Assembly (NCBI GenBank): GCA_964016885.1
Contig: OZ024745.1
Coordinates: 45,694,001-45,758,000 of the forward strand
DNA: 64,000 bases
DNA from: Eledone cirrhosa
Taxonomy: Eukaryota
Reading direction: 5' to 3'
A program made the translations under genes and the position numbers. The notes below the pieces were generated by a model. The model saw only the letters and a program-made list of their open reading frames with translations. It made no database searches and was not told the DNA's origin. Of the stretch, positions 1 to 13,433 are shown one piece after another (within the stretch, counting starts at the first letter, position 1; every line of letters begins with the position of its first letter).

Positions 1-33
1 AATGTTTTCATAGCATTTGGGGTCATACTTGTT

Positions 34-77
<44 letters not shown>

Positions 78-136
78 TCAATTCAGTAAAATTTTTTGAA
101 AGCTTCAATGCAGAAATATATCTAAATAGAACTAAC

Positions 137-402
137 CTTTGTAACTGGAAGATGCGCATGTCGCGGAAACCTTGTTATGCGTTTCTCCTGAACGGTTTTA
201 GGTCGTGTAATCGTCAGTGAAAGTGGTCTTTCGAATGAAATTCTTTCGCAAGATCCATTTGGGGATTGTTTTGAAACTGTACACCTAATTATGAAATCAA
301 ACTTCTTGACATTCTCTAAGGCATCAATGTTGTTTAAGGTCATCTCAGACGTTGTATTGTCAATAGTTAATATTTCAGAAGCATCTATTTGGCCTGATTT
401 AC
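137..402 (-). CDS. Internal coding exon of a minus-strand host gene; possibly a cadherin-like extracellular domain followed by a basic furin-type site
   Basis: Acceptor ...ttatgtcttccAG| before 402 and donor AAG|GTTAGT after 137. The 266 nt are open: (x)KSGQIDASEILTIDNTTSEMTLNNIDALENVKKFDFIIRCTVSKQSPNGSCERISFERPLSLTITRPKTVQEKRITRFPRHAHLPVTK. ILTIDNTTSEMTL resembles the cadherin F.ID..TG.I.L strand, and RFPR is an R-x-x-R site. The product assignment is weak. Confidence 0.55.
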
Positions 403-486
403 CTGGAAGACATAAGAAATATCCATTATCACAATATTTCACATTTATGCATATATAATAATATACATATATATATATATACTTAC

Positions 487-547
<61 letters not shown>

Positions 548-1258
548 GCTGTGTAAACATAGACATTCAGCAGGAAACTTGCTCACAGTGCAACGTGTTT
601 ATTTTGTATCGAGCGATTCTGCTAAGATTTCTTGCTCACAACCGTAATTTTATGTAACTCTAGGGCTGAAGTTAGGGATTCTCGCGTCTCCAGTAGACTA
701 AACGTAGACTAGTAAGATGAGGGTGGTAAGTTCTCCTCAGACCAGACACCTAATCCAAATGCTTGCAACAAAGGCACTCAAAACACAAGGTAGGGGTGCT
801 TAATTGGCCGTCAGATTATTCGGTCAGGAGCTGTAGGTGCATAAGAGGTCGACACCAAAGCTATATTTATTTACAATATTTAAGTGACATGACTGTAAAT
901 GTTGCCATGTTATACTTGGGGAATTTAGTCACGTTTGAAGATGAAATTATGAAATTCAATATTAGTTATTATCATGGGAGGAGATGAAGTCAGAATTAAA
1001 AGCAAATAGAAAATATGTCACGTTTTGCAGTACTGTCACTATTTGCTGTGCTACAGAACTAATGAATATTTTATGAGGCATAGTCTAATCGCTACGTTAG
1101 TGACAAGATGCAATTGAACTCCTTGTGTGATCGGCGGTCAATCAGACTTGTATATTATCGGCAATTCGTAGGGTGGCCTCCTTTACCGATGGAAAACATT
1201 AACTATTTCATAAAATTTCTTACCTAGGGTCCTTGCCTAGAGGCTCTATTTCGTCATG

Positions 1259-1375
<117 letters not shown>

Positions 1376-1707
1376 TGATAATCAACTCTTGTCCAAGTGT
1401 CCCAGTATGAACAGTTATTTGACACTGACAGTATTTCTTAATGAGCAAAAGCAAAGGCAATAGTGTTCTTATCTGATTGGGTGTCATAGAACGGCAACGA
1501 TATTAAACCAACGATATATCCGCAGGAGTAATGAAAATATAGAAGTGGCACATTTTTCATCACAGACGCTCGTGCTACCCTCACCATATCAACAATAGTT
1601 GAAAAATCCACTGTCTGTTTCTTGTTCCAAGAATTTTATGCTCATGAAATTCATTACGATGAACGAAGTGTGCGCAAAACTAGATTTACTTTTTAGCTAA
1701 AGCAGTA

Positions 1708-2162
1708 ATGGAGGCGCGTGGCCTAATGGTAATCATAATGTCGTGGGTTCGATACATGGGCTGGTTTCTTTTGGCATGTTCTTGAGCTTCATTTCGCGTT
1801 CTAGTATACTCAGCTGAAATTGAGTACCAGCTCTAGCTGGAGGTTTAACCCTGCGATGGACTGGCGTCTTTTCTCATGGAATGTCAAGTACTCTCAGTCA
1901 CTAAACGCCACAGATAAGACCCGGTTTGATGAGCCACAGGGGATTTACAACAGAGTATTCACTTGTGGGGGCTTAGAGGTAAGGGAGTTGTATTCGCAAT
2001 CGTGAGGTTGCCATTTCAATTCTCGGACCGGGTTATGTTTTCTGTCCTTCAACAAGACACTTTATTTCACGTTGCTCTTTCTGCCAGGAGTTGCGACCAG
2101 TAGATAGTACCAGCAATGGAAAGACTAATGGAAACATTGTTTCCTTGGTCCGATTTGACGAG
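1708..2162 (+). mobile_element. Two adjacent degenerate tRNA-derived SINE copies (older family)
   Basis: Head GGAGGCGCGTGGCCTAATGGT...GGGTTCGATAC has A/B-box-like motifs. The body CACTTTATTTCACGTTGCTC recurs at ~15530 and, inverted, at 57340-57440. Confidence 0.55.
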
Positions 2163-2709
2163 GTCCACTCCACTCAGCAAGCTAATAAGGTCTGGGATCT
2201 TGTTGATCAATCAGAGCGAGAGAACTCCTAGTCAGAATTATTTGTTACCAACATGTCTTCATATTGCCCTGAAACGTTTATAGCAACCTTTGTTACCAAG
2301 ATAGCTTGATGGGGGTGGCAAGTGGGCCGCGATGATCCGACCATCTAACAAACAATACTAGAGTAAACACGCGCGCGCGCATGCACAGTCGAGATATGGG
2401 AGTTAAAACCTGAGATACAGATAAATAGAAATTTACATTTGTTTGGGCGGATGACTGAATGCATATCCTTCAAGCGTTTATTCAACAACACGGAGACCTG
2501 CATCCACCTTTGTCAGGAACGTACTTCATTTATCTCTATCGAACCCTTAATTTGTGGAACATAATGGGACATAGATATTAGCAACAACGGTTTTTTACAG
2601 CAAAGAAACATTTTCACATGTATCAGTATATGTGTTAGAGTGCAAAAGTTATGTGCGTGTATGTACATATATGTGCACTTACATACACACGCACGCACAC
2701 ATACATATA

Positions 2710-3060
<351 letters not shown>

Positions 3061-4472
3061 AATCTATACATATATATCTACATATGTATATTGTGTGTGT
3101 ACATATTCGTGCACACACACACACGCGTGTGCATGTAAACAATATATATATACATATACAGTTGCCACCTATCAATTTCTACTCAAATGTTCTTTATTGA
3201 CCCAGGGCAATAGACGAAAGATATCGAACTCGAAACCAGCTGATAGTAAAATTGCACATATGGGGTTAGCATTTTTCTTTTTTACAAGAATATTCTTTTA
3301 TTTAGCAAATCTGTATTTACGTAGCATATATTCAACGTAGATCAAAGAAATATAACGTTTTTGTATATCATGTCTAGTTTAGGTAGGTTGTCTCTGGTGT
3401 AAGGGAAATAACTCACGAAGATAATTTTGATTTACGTGTTAATTTTCATAGTAATGACGCAAAGGTTAAACTTAAATATATATTTTTCTTCGTGAGACCT
3501 GATGCTGTGCTGTTACGATCTTCAACGAAACATTTATCAGCACAGTGCCTTGACCTACAAGAAAGAGCAGCCAAATTTCCATCAAAATACACAATACCCC
3601 CTTAAAAAGGAATAAAACAAGCTAAATAATGTAATCCTAGCTAAACAGAATTTGGTGTTTACAACTGGAACACCGCTGATCAGAAATCTGCTCAATCGAC
3701 AATGACATCAACAAAAATAACAATAATTAATCTGAAAATGTTTAAACACATTACTGGTACGTAGGTGTTAGATTTGCAAAGATATTTCGTCATGATCCGA
3801 ATTGGTGTAGGGGGAAATAATTCCACTAAATCAGTGTAAAATCTGACGTGAATATACGCCAAAAGTTGGTATGTTTATGACATTCTGAAAATTCGGGATA
3901 GTTTTGTGGATTGTGTTGATAGAGGAAATATAGAATTAAATCAAACAACCCCTTCCCCCGCCCCTGGACTTTGTTGCTATTTATTTCAACACCTCTGGCG
4001 TGGCAAATAATTGAAAGTGGGGTCAAATATGACTGGAAATAAATTCAGACTTTTGATAAGCGTGGCATTTAAAATCCTTTCAGTCCAATTGGTGTTCCAA
4101 AATACAGCATTAACATCTCAAACTATACCTTGCTCCGTATCTCATTTTAGATATAACAGTAGATTTGTAAAAGAACTTCAAACTTTCAAAGGAACACATT
4201 CTCACACTCAGCCACCCACCCACAGACACCCACACTCTCACACACACATACATATATATATACATACATAAACACACACAAAAAGTCATATAAAAATGTA
4301 TATATACAAACACATATACATTCAAACACATACATACGTACATAGACATATACATACATTCAAACACATACATACATACATAGATACATACATACATACA
4401 TACACATACATACATGCATACATACATACATACATACATACATACATACATACATACATACATACATACATA

Positions 4473-4876
4473 CATGGTGGCTGCCAACTCATTTTCGAGT
4501 ACGGCCACTACTTTATATCCATGTAGGAGAACCTCTACCGATGCGCTGAACGTGTGTGACTTTTTAGTCCAGCCAGCGACTTGAAAACTCTGGTACAAAC
4601 ACTACACCTGTGACAATTATTGACACATAGTGCTGGGCCCATGGCACCATGTGACGACAAGTGCAGAGAGATCTCCAGATATAAAGCAATGCCTGTGCCG
4701 TGAAGCTTTTATAGTGAGGAAAGGCACTGCACAAAGCCAGTCCCACTCTCTTAACCAAGATGATATTTACCAAAAAGAAGAACAAGTCAACATCATTGGA
4801 TACCATCAGGGTTGCAAGTGTTATATCAGAGTTTTCTTTCTCCTAGAATTCTGCCTTGACAAAGGCTAAGGGGTCA
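4473..4876 (-). mobile_element. ~410-bp non-autonomous retroelement, copy 1, with (TATG)n tail
   Basis: Near-identical to 5308-5720, 5762-6173 and 56349-56501. Each copy ends ...GCAGCCACCATG(TATG)n or a close variant on the minus strand. Confidence 0.7.
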
Positions 4877-5307
4877 TACATACATACATACATACATACA
4901 TACATACATACATACATACATACATACATACATACATACAAATCTTGAGAAACTAGGCTTCACAGGAACAGAAAGAACACAACTAGTTAGGAAACTACAA
5001 GGCAATCCATTAATGGAACAGTAAAAATATGTAAAACATTCCAAAAATTTTGCATCTAATAACTGCATATACACATGTACAAATACAAAGCATATACACA
5101 TGCACACATACAACTCAAAACATACACATCCACACATACAATAACATCCATATCTACACATGCATGCATACATACATATCTACCTAGTTGATGTTGTGTA
5201 AATTCCAATGAGAGAGTCTTGTGTCTATGTTAGAAACCGACTCTCTCTCTATTGGTAAAACTTTGTGAAATTATAAAACCAGAAGAACATACATACATAC
5301 ATACATA

Positions 5308-5720
5308 CATGGTGGCTGCCAACTCGTTTTCGAGTACGGCCACTACTTTATATCCATGTAGGAGAACCCCTACTGATGCGCTGAACAAGTGTGACTTTTT
5401 AGTCCAGCCAGCGACTTGAAAACTTTGGTACAAACACTACACTTGTGACAATTACTGACACATAGTGCTGGGCCCATGGCACCATGTGACGACAAGTGCA
5501 CAGAGATCTCCAGATACAAAGCAATGCCTGCGCCGTGAAGCTTTTATAGTGAGCAAAGGCACTGCACAAACCAGTCCCACTATCTTAGCAAAGATGATAT
5601 TTACCAAAAAGAAGAACAAGTCAACGTCATTGGATACCATCAGGGTTGCAGGTGTTATATCAGAGTTTTCCTTCTTCTAGAATTTTGCCTTGATAAAGGC
5701 TAAGGGGTCATCTCTCCCGG
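5308..5720 (-). mobile_element. ~410-bp non-autonomous retroelement, copy 2
   Basis: Direct repeat of 4473-4876; 5' end CCGGGAGAGATGACCCCTTAGCC. Confidence 0.7.
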
Positions 5721-5761
5721 ATATATACATATACACACATACATACACATATATATATATA

Positions 5762-6173
5762 CATGGCATCTGCCAACTAATTTTTGAGTACGGCCACTAC
5801 TTTATATCCATTTAGAAGAACCCCTACCGATGCGCTGAACGAGTGTGACTTTTTAGTCCAGCCAGCTACTTGAAAACTCTGGTTCAACTACACTTGTGAC
5901 AATTATTGACACATAGTGCTGGTCCCTTGGTACCATGTGACGACAAGTGTAGAGAGATCTCCAGATATAAAGCAATGCCTGTGCCATGAAGCTTTTATAG
6001 TGAGCAAAGGCACTGCACAAAGCCAGTCCCACTCTCTTAACCAAGATGATATTTACCAAAAAGAAGAACAAGTCAACATCATTGGATACCATCAGGGTTG
6101 CAGGTGTTATATCAGAGTTTTCCTTCTCCTAGAATTCTGCCTTAACAAAGGCTAAGGGGTCATCTCTCCCGGG
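5762..6173 (-). mobile_element. ~410-bp non-autonomous retroelement, copy 3
   Basis: Direct repeat of copies 1 and 2; contains CTAGGAGAAGGAAAACTCTGATA near the 5' end. Confidence 0.7.
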
Positions 6174-6178
6174 ATACA

Positions 6179-6209
<31 letters not shown>

Positions 6210-6660
6210 GCATATGTATGTGTGCATGTCCAAATGTTTAAGATATTTGCACTCATAAAGCGCAGGTTCGACCCCAAAACGTGGCATGTTGAAGAATTAT
6301 CATTTATGATCCTGACGGGTCGACTAAAGCATTGCGAGTGAATTTGGTGGACCGAAACTGTTTTTTTTTCGAAGCCCAACGTCACGCTTTATCGCACATT
6401 GTCTTACGCTGAGTTTTCCTGAAACTTAAGCTAAGTTTACACATGTCTGAAGAATACATTAATTTCAGGAGCAGGCTATTCAGTTAATCGATCAACTCGA
6501 ACGCATATCATCGAAACGGTTAGAGGCCCAATCAGTTCACACATATATATATATATATGTATATATATGGACGTGTTATTTTTCTCTAAAAAATTTTTTT
6601 CCGATTCCTCCTTGCTCGTCCCCTCAGTTTTTCTATATTTTTGTTTCATTTCTCATTTTT

Positions 6661-6696
6661 TCTTCTGTTGAAGGACTAGCGTCCGAAACGTTAGGA
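6661..6696 (+). ncRNA. Minimal type I hammerhead ribozyme with one core substitution, in a PLE-derived fragment
   Basis: CTG(T)TGA-A-GGAC-tagc-GTCC-GAAA-CGT-TA. Palindromic AACGTT stem III; core CUGAUGA has an A>U change. Confidence 0.65.
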
Positions 6697-6783
6697 CCCT
6701 CTTCTTGCTTTTTCAAGCGTTTAACTAATATATGCCTTCCATGTACTGTGTCGTTTGTTTTGTTATTTATGTTTACCTTTTAC

Positions 6784-6891
<108 letters not shown>

Positions 6892-7521
6892 TCGGCTCCC
6901 AGATAATGGAGGGAGGGCAAAATAAGCGGGGTTTGTGAAAAATCAGTATACTTTCTAGGTTTTCTCCGTTGATATTTTAAAAAACCAGAATTAATCGTTG
7001 AGTTTACATATTGAGACCCCAACCCATCCTATTTATTTTATAATGCATGTGATTTCAAGTAATGTACTTTTGGGGTTGTGTATAATGTTTTTTTAACACA
7101 TATTGTTCGAAACCCGAGAGTTTATATTAGGGTGGCCCTTAGTAATAGGTCATTTTCCTAATCCTGTTCCAATCAACAAAAACACGGAGTGTGCAAAATT
7201 TCAGCTCGCCTTGGAGTTGGAACATAGTATACGCAACAATTAATTCTGTTCAAAAGCGGGATAATGTTCCCTATCTCGACCATTTTCTTTTTTCTTATTA
7301 GAGAAATTTATGTGGACACAGCCAGGCAACTCCAGCAAATGTTTTAAAACGTTCTGAATCAAATTTACTAATAGTTAATTTGAAAAATTCCTAAAATAAC
7401 ATGGAAAACTTAAGAAATATTAGGTTTTATAAAAGAAACGCATTTTTATTTACAACAATAATTTCTATAGAATCAAAAACATAATGTGAACACAGAACAC
7501 TGAATATTGAACATTATTTTT

Positions 7522-7705
7522 GTGGAAGTGGCAGTATCGGTGGAGAGTCGGACGCCATGCTTTCTAGCATAGTTACGTCCCTTTACAGTCTGAGTTCAAA
7601 TCCCGCCGATGTTAAATTTACCTTTCATCCTTACGGGGTCGATAAAATAAAGTACCAGTAATGCACTGGGTAATTGCTGGCCTTGTGCCTAAAGTAGAAA
7701 CAATT
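7522..7705 (+). mobile_element. tRNA-derived SINE (abundant ~185-bp family, Meta/MESC-like central domain)
   Basis: TGGCAGTATCGG A-box, GAGTTCAAATCC B-box, core CCTTTCATCCTTACGGGGTCGATAAAATAAAGTACCAG; TSD ATTATTTTTGT. Confidence 0.85.
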
Positions 7706-7741
7706 ATTTTTGTATAAGAAACGTATATTTTTGTATAAGAC

Positions 7742-7927
7742 GGGGATTGGTAGTATCGGTGGAGGGTCAGAGCCATGCTTTGCAAGCAAAGAGTTACGGC
7801 CCTTTATGATTTGAGTTCAAATCCCGCCGAGGTTAACTTTGCCTTTCATCCTTACGGGGTCGATAAAATAAAGTACCAGTAATACACTGGGATAATTGCT
7901 GGCCTTGTGCCAAAAGTAGAAACAATT
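7742..7927 (+). mobile_element. tRNA-derived SINE, same family
   Basis: Near-identical to 7522-7705; flanked by repeated TATTTTTGTATAAGA. Confidence 0.85.
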
Positions 7928-7989
7928 ATTTTTTGTATAAGAGAGGTTTCAGTGGCAGTTGGGTATGTTTTACGGTTTTCTGTAACGAT

Positions 7990-8265
7990 CGGTGCAGTCT
8001 GCGACTGACCCAGGTTCTGCTGCACGTCGGGCTGAGGGGGCCAAACTCCTCAAATACCGGTCGTTCTCCGACAGGTTTGCGGTTGTTCCCCTGGCAGTGG
8101 AGACTTCTGGTGTCCTCGGCCTCAGAACTACCTCCTTACTCCCCACCATAGGCGCTGAGCTGGCTAGCCGCAGGTGTGAGCCCCGCGAGTTGGAGTGGCT
8201 TTTCCAGCGCGTCTCCGTTGCCGTCCTCCGGGGAAACGCCTTCTCCATTCTGTCCGCCGGGGCTG
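7990..8265 (+). pseudogene. C-terminal restriction-like endonuclease fragment of a CRE-clade non-LTR retrotransposon
   Basis: SATDPGSAARRAEGAKLLKY...VPLAVETSGVLG...WLFQRVSVAVLRGNAFSIL matches the CRE-type RLE C-terminus; forms a GC-rich island. Confidence 0.75.
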
Positions 8266-8327
8266 TGGGTGGGCCCTATCGCGTACCAATACATTAGTTA
8301 CATGCCATTCTTTCATCTGATACAACA

Positions 8328-8690
8328 CTATAAAACAAATTGTATCTCAGTTTCATCTTTTGTGAGAATGTTATTGTAATCCTGAATGAGTTTGACACCT
8401 CTTTCTGCAACATCATTCACAACAACTGTCTTCTCAAGTTTTTCAACTCCACTTTTGTAACCAGGATCATTCATCCATGTTGAAGGGTCTTTGTCGAAGA
8501 AATCGGTGCAGAGAGAAAATCTCGTGAAGAAAGTTTTTGTATCAGGAGTTAAAAAAGACAAAAACTCGATGTTTGTAAGGGAAGAAAAGTCATTTTGGTG
8601 TAGAATCTACCTCTGCAGTTGAATTTCTTCTTCCTCTTCTTCACCTTTGTCTGCTTCCAGGATAACTTGAGCAATATTTGTCTTGACCTC
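8328..8690 (-). pseudogene. C-terminal hATm-like transposase remnant
   Basis: ...TKTFFTRFSLCTDFFDKDPSTW...VVVNDVAERGVKLIQDYNNILTKDE...; in-frame stops are present. Confidence 0.7.
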
Positions 8691-9321
8691 GCCTTGTTTT
8701 CCTTGCTCTCCTTTTCTCCTTCCTCTCCTTGCTCTCCTTTTATCCTTGCTCTCCCTTTCTCGTTGCTTTCCTTTCTCTCCTTTTATCCCTCCTCTGCTTG
8801 CTCTCTTTTTCTCAATGCTCTCCTTTTCACATTGTCCTCCTTGCTCTACTTGTATCCTTCTTCTCCTTGCACTCCTTGCTCTCCTTTTCTCCTTGCTCTC
8901 CCTTTATCCGTGATATCCTTTCTCTTCTATTTTCCTTGCTCTCCTTTTATCATTGCTCTCCTTTTCTCCTCGCTCTCCTTTTCCACTTGCTCTCCTTTTC
9001 TCATTGCTCGCCTTGCTCTCCTTTTATCCTTGCTCTCCTTTTATCCTTGTTCCCCTTTTCCACTTGCTCTCCCTTTATCATTGATCTCCTTGCTCTCCTT
9101 TTATCCTCGCTCTCCTTGCTCTCCTTTTCTCCTTGCTCTCCTTTTCTCCTTGCTCTCCTTTTCTCCTTGCTCTCCTTTTCTCCTTGCTCTCCTTTTCTCC
9201 TTGCTCTCCTTGCTCTCCTTTTATCCTCGCTCTCCTTGCTCTCCTTTTCTCCTTGCTCTCCTTGCTTTACTTGCTCTCCTAGCTCTCATTTTCTCCTTAT
9301 TCTCCTTGCTCTCTCTTTCTC
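8690..9321. repeat. Pyrimidine-strand minisatellite built from CTCCTTGCT / CTCCTTTT units
   Basis: About 630 bp of interleaved 8-9-bp units, almost entirely C/T on the + strand. Confidence 0.85.
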
Positions 9322-9580
9322 ATTGTATCTATATACTTGTTTATATACAAATACAATGAGAAAAAGGGAACAAGGAGAAATATGAAAGCAAGGATAGTAA
9401 GGAGGGTACATATATACATATCATATATATATATATAGATGTCCTTTGACGCTGAAATTCGTTTGTTTAAATTCATATGATTCCAGTTCCTCAGTGAAAT
9501 AACAACCCAACCAGGAACTGGACATATCAGAGTTAAACACCTCAACAACATGTGTACTCGTCTCTACCACACTAATTCGG

Positions 9581-9616
9581 ACTGCCTGAAGAGGTCACCG
9601 AAATATATATAGCAGT
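9581..9616 (+). ncRNA. Minimal type I hammerhead ribozyme, core intact, in a TA-flanked element (~9436-9772)
   Basis: ACTGC-CTGAAGA-GGTCACC-GAAA-TATATA-TA-GCAGT: 5-bp stem I, very short stem II, palindromic stem III, followed directly by AATAAA. Confidence 0.75.
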
Positions 9617-9770
9617 AATAAACGAAGCCAAATTTTAAACATTTGACTTATTTATTTTATTTTATATTTATATATATATATTTAATATACATTAAATATT
9701 TAGCTCTGTAACTTACATAGAGCACTCTTCATTCCTCTGAGTTTTTCAATTTTCAACGGAAACTTTAATA

Positions 9771-9824
<54 letters not shown>

Positions 9825-10539
9825 GAGTACTGTCAACCACATACACGGATATATGTATATTAGGGTATTTTCCGAAAGTTTGCTGCCACAGCGAAAAATA
9901 GGTATTTGCCCCTATAACTGCGCTCTGTCCCCAGCTTTGTAAGTTGCCTTCCTCATTATATTTATTGTCACCTATCCTTCTAATGCCAAGAATAAGTCTT
10001 AACAAATTTTTAATTCAAGAGAAAATTATATAAGAGATAAAAAAAATGTTAGCTGAAAAAATGACTTGCTGGGTGAAACTAAAAAAATTGACGGTCGATG
10101 AGGGTTGCTTTGCAGTTGTCCGCTTAAGCTAAGGTTTTGCATAGATTTTTTTTTTTTTTTTTTGTTAATTGGAACAAGATAGGGTGATGGGAGGCAAGAA
10201 TGTTGAAATAAAGGGCCACCCTAATGTATATATATATTTACATATATATACAAATATAGATTAGCGAGAATCTCATTTCGGCTATTGGGAATTAGCGAAA
10301 AACAACATCCGAATTGTGTGGCAAGCGCTCAATAGATACGAGTGAACTAGAGCAATAAACTTACGTTAAAAAGGCCAAACACACTGAGACGATGGTTAAA
10401 CCATTAACCGCAAAGCCATAGAAGCGACCAAGCTATTCGGGTCAAACAAATAATAAACAATGATTGAAAAATCCCCGCCCCCCCTCGGAAACGGTTGTAA
10501 AATCCAATATGGTTTCTGCAACTCCTAAATCAAGTACTG

Positions 10540-10571
<32 letters not shown>

Positions 10572-11208
10572 CATATATCTCTGAAAGAAACATATACACA
10601 CACATGTGTATATATATATACATATATACATATATACATATATATATATACATATATATATACATATATATATATATATATGTATATATGAAAAAAGTTT
10701 GTCCTTCATCAGTGATCTTCCAACCATCATAGGCATTTCATCGCTTTAAAGACCATATACCTCCGGTTGGTGCGAGCAACGGCTAAAAAAAGTCGTTGGG
10801 ACACGTAAATAAAGGGGACGCGAGGGTAAACAAACAAAATGGTGTAGCAACAGAAAGTTGAGGAAGAAAGAGACAAGTCCCCAGATTTCTATGAATTTAA
10901 ATTCGGTGAAATCGTGAACGAGAGAATAAAGACCATCAAACCTGGTTGAAATGTGAGCAAGGCAGGAATTTCGCACAGGTCTAACAGGAGGAAGAAGGGG
11001 TCTGGTCTGCGAATTCGGTAAACATAAGTTCTGTGAAATCGCAGACGAGAGAGAGAAAAAATTCATACCAGCTTGGCCGAGCGTGCGAGAGAAAAGAATT
11101 ACACACAGGTCAAACGGGAAGAAAGAGGAGGAAGAGAGGCTAATTCTGCCTAAGTATTGAGTGTTTGGCGCGTTATGGTCCACCTGGTTCCTTACCACAT
11201 TTCCTTCG

Positions 11209-11280
<72 letters not shown>

Positions 11281-11994
11281 ATGTGTTTCTTTCAGAGATA
11301 TATGATGATGGAATTGATGTTTAGCGAGATTTACCTACGAACTCCCTCTGTAGAACCATTCACATCCAACAAAGTACATTTCTGAATTTTGTAGAAAGAT
11401 TAAAATAGAAATATAAAAATTAAAACCCATCAAATGTTATATATTTTAGATATTTTTTAGATATTTTCAATTGGTCTATGTTACCGATATCCGGAGTTAT
11501 CTTCTTTAGCCAATAATTTCGCAGCATCTTGTTTAGTTAATTAAAACCGCTATGACGTATGAAGTGTATCCTTAGATAATGTTTTAATTGATCTAAAAAA
11601 ACAACTGACATATGATATTTAAAGTTGATAGGTGATACATTTTGAGATTTTCATTAACACATTTTTATATAATGATAATCGCCTGTCAGCTAAAACTAAA
11701 ATGTATTTAAATACACACACACACACGCACGTGCGCACGCACACACACACACACATAAATATACTCTCAAACATATGTATATGTATACATACATAAGCAG
11801 ACACACATGCGAACGCACGCACACACACACACACACATATATATATATGTATATATATATATGTGTATATATATGTATATATGTAAATATGTATATATAT
11901 ATATATATAAATATACATATATACGTGTGTTATTGATTGACGTAAGAAAGAGTACTCAATAACGAAGTATGTTATAAATATTCTTGGTGAATCT

Positions 11995-12040
11995 TGTTAG
12001 TCTGGAGTTTCAACTGTGTACTCACAGGATCATCAGGCAG
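11995..12040 (-). ncRNA. Degenerate hammerhead ribozyme (family shared with 19167-19210)
   Basis: Minus strand: CTGATGA-TC-CTGTG-agta-CACAG-TT-GAAA-CTCCAG; cleavage triplet and stem I are decayed. Confidence 0.55.
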
Positions 12041-12114
12041 TGTACATATGAAACCTCAAAGTAACATGACTTACTGCTTATATATATATGTGTGTGTGTA
12101 TATATATATATATA

Positions 12115-12189
<75 letters not shown>

Positions 12190-12192
<3 letters not shown>

Positions 12193-12371
12193 ACGAGGGA
12201 GTTGTGGTAAGGAACCAGATGGACCATAACGCACCAGAGTACTCAATACTTAGGGTGAAAGAGTGGGTAACAGGGAAATGTATGACCCCGACGGCAGAGC
12301 TCAAGCCTTTACGACGGCTATTAGCCGTCGAAACGGCTTGAGCTCTGCCGTCGGGGGTCATACATTTCCCT
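12190..12371. mobile_element. Fold-back mini-PLE (family A)
   Basis: Arms 12272-12320 and 12322-12371 carry the HHR 3' half GAAACGGC...GCCGTC-GGGG (one arm with substitutions). An ~80-nt tail is present on one side only; both ends lie in (TA)n. Confidence 0.75.
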
Positions 12372-12403
12372 ATATATATATTTATATATATATATATATA
12401 TAT

Positions 12404-12574
12404 ATTGTTATGCTTTGGGAGGGTCATGTTGCCAATAAGAAACACACGCACCAGATGCTTTCACTTCAATTTATTATAATAAATTTATAATAAATTTATT
12501 ATAATAAATTGAAGTGAAAGCATCTGGTGCGTGTGTTTCTTATTGGCAACATGACCCTCCCAAAGCATAACAAT
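12404..12574. mobile_element. Fold-back palindrome of the terminal ~80 bp of the PLE at 33463-34780 (family B)
   Basis: Perfect arms ATTGTTATGCTTTGGGAGGGTCATGTTGCCAATAAG.../...CTCCCAAAGCATAACAAT within (TA)n. Confidence 0.8.
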
Positions 12575-12606
12575 ATATATATATATATATAAATATATAT
12601 ATATAT

Positions 12607-13030
<424 letters not shown>

Positions 13031-13034
<4 letters not shown>

Positions 13035-13433
13035 TTTTGCGAGGTTTTTTATATGAAATCGTGTGTCGAAACAAATATTGTTATACTTGGGGAGGGTCAT
13101 ATTTGTGTAATATTGCCAGAATTAATAACAGAACACACTCACTGTTTGGTTGGTTTTCGCTTCTCGCTTCTGTGTCTTTTATATCGGTAATCTAACTTAC
13201 TCGGTCCTCAATGTTGCCATTGACTGACCGACGGTCAAAAATAATACAGATACAATATAGACACAAACACATATATATAGACCGTCGGTCAGTCAATGGC
13301 AACATTGAGGACCGAGTAAGTTAGATTATCGATATAAAAGACACAGAAGCGAGAAGCGAAAACCAACCAAACAGTGAGTGTGTTCTGTTATTAATTCTGG
13401 CAATATTACACAAATATGACCCTCCCCAAGTAT

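Larger units (their letters stand above)
7128..10223 (-). mobile_element. hAT-superfamily (hATm-like) DNA transposon, internally deleted, with nested insertions
   Basis: TIRs TAGGGTGGCCCTT (7128-7140) and AAGGGCCACCCTA (10211-10223). Imperfect 8-bp flanks gtttatat/atgtatat. Internal transposase remnant at 8328-8690. Confidence 0.65.

Noticed and set aside
3498-3548. CTGATG...GAAAC hammerhead look-alike
   Set aside because: The core reads CTGATGC and the pairing does not fit stems I-III.
3826-4032. Possible minus-strand exon
   Set aside because: An acceptor-like site is present, but there is no good donor and no domain signature.
4473-6173. CRISPR-like repeat/spacer appearance
   Set aside because: The units are ~400 bp, the context is eukaryotic, and no cas genes are present.
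7522-7620. tRNA genes at the GAGTTCAAATCC boxes, and relics at ~17300 and ~42700
   Set aside because: These are SINE heads or decayed tRNA-like sequence without a complete cloverleaf.
8619-9385. 246/218-aa hydrophobic ORFs, and collagen-like GEQ/GEK words on the minus strand
   Set aside because: They arise from the minisatellite; the 8-bp units shift frame, so there is no sustained Gly-X-Y.
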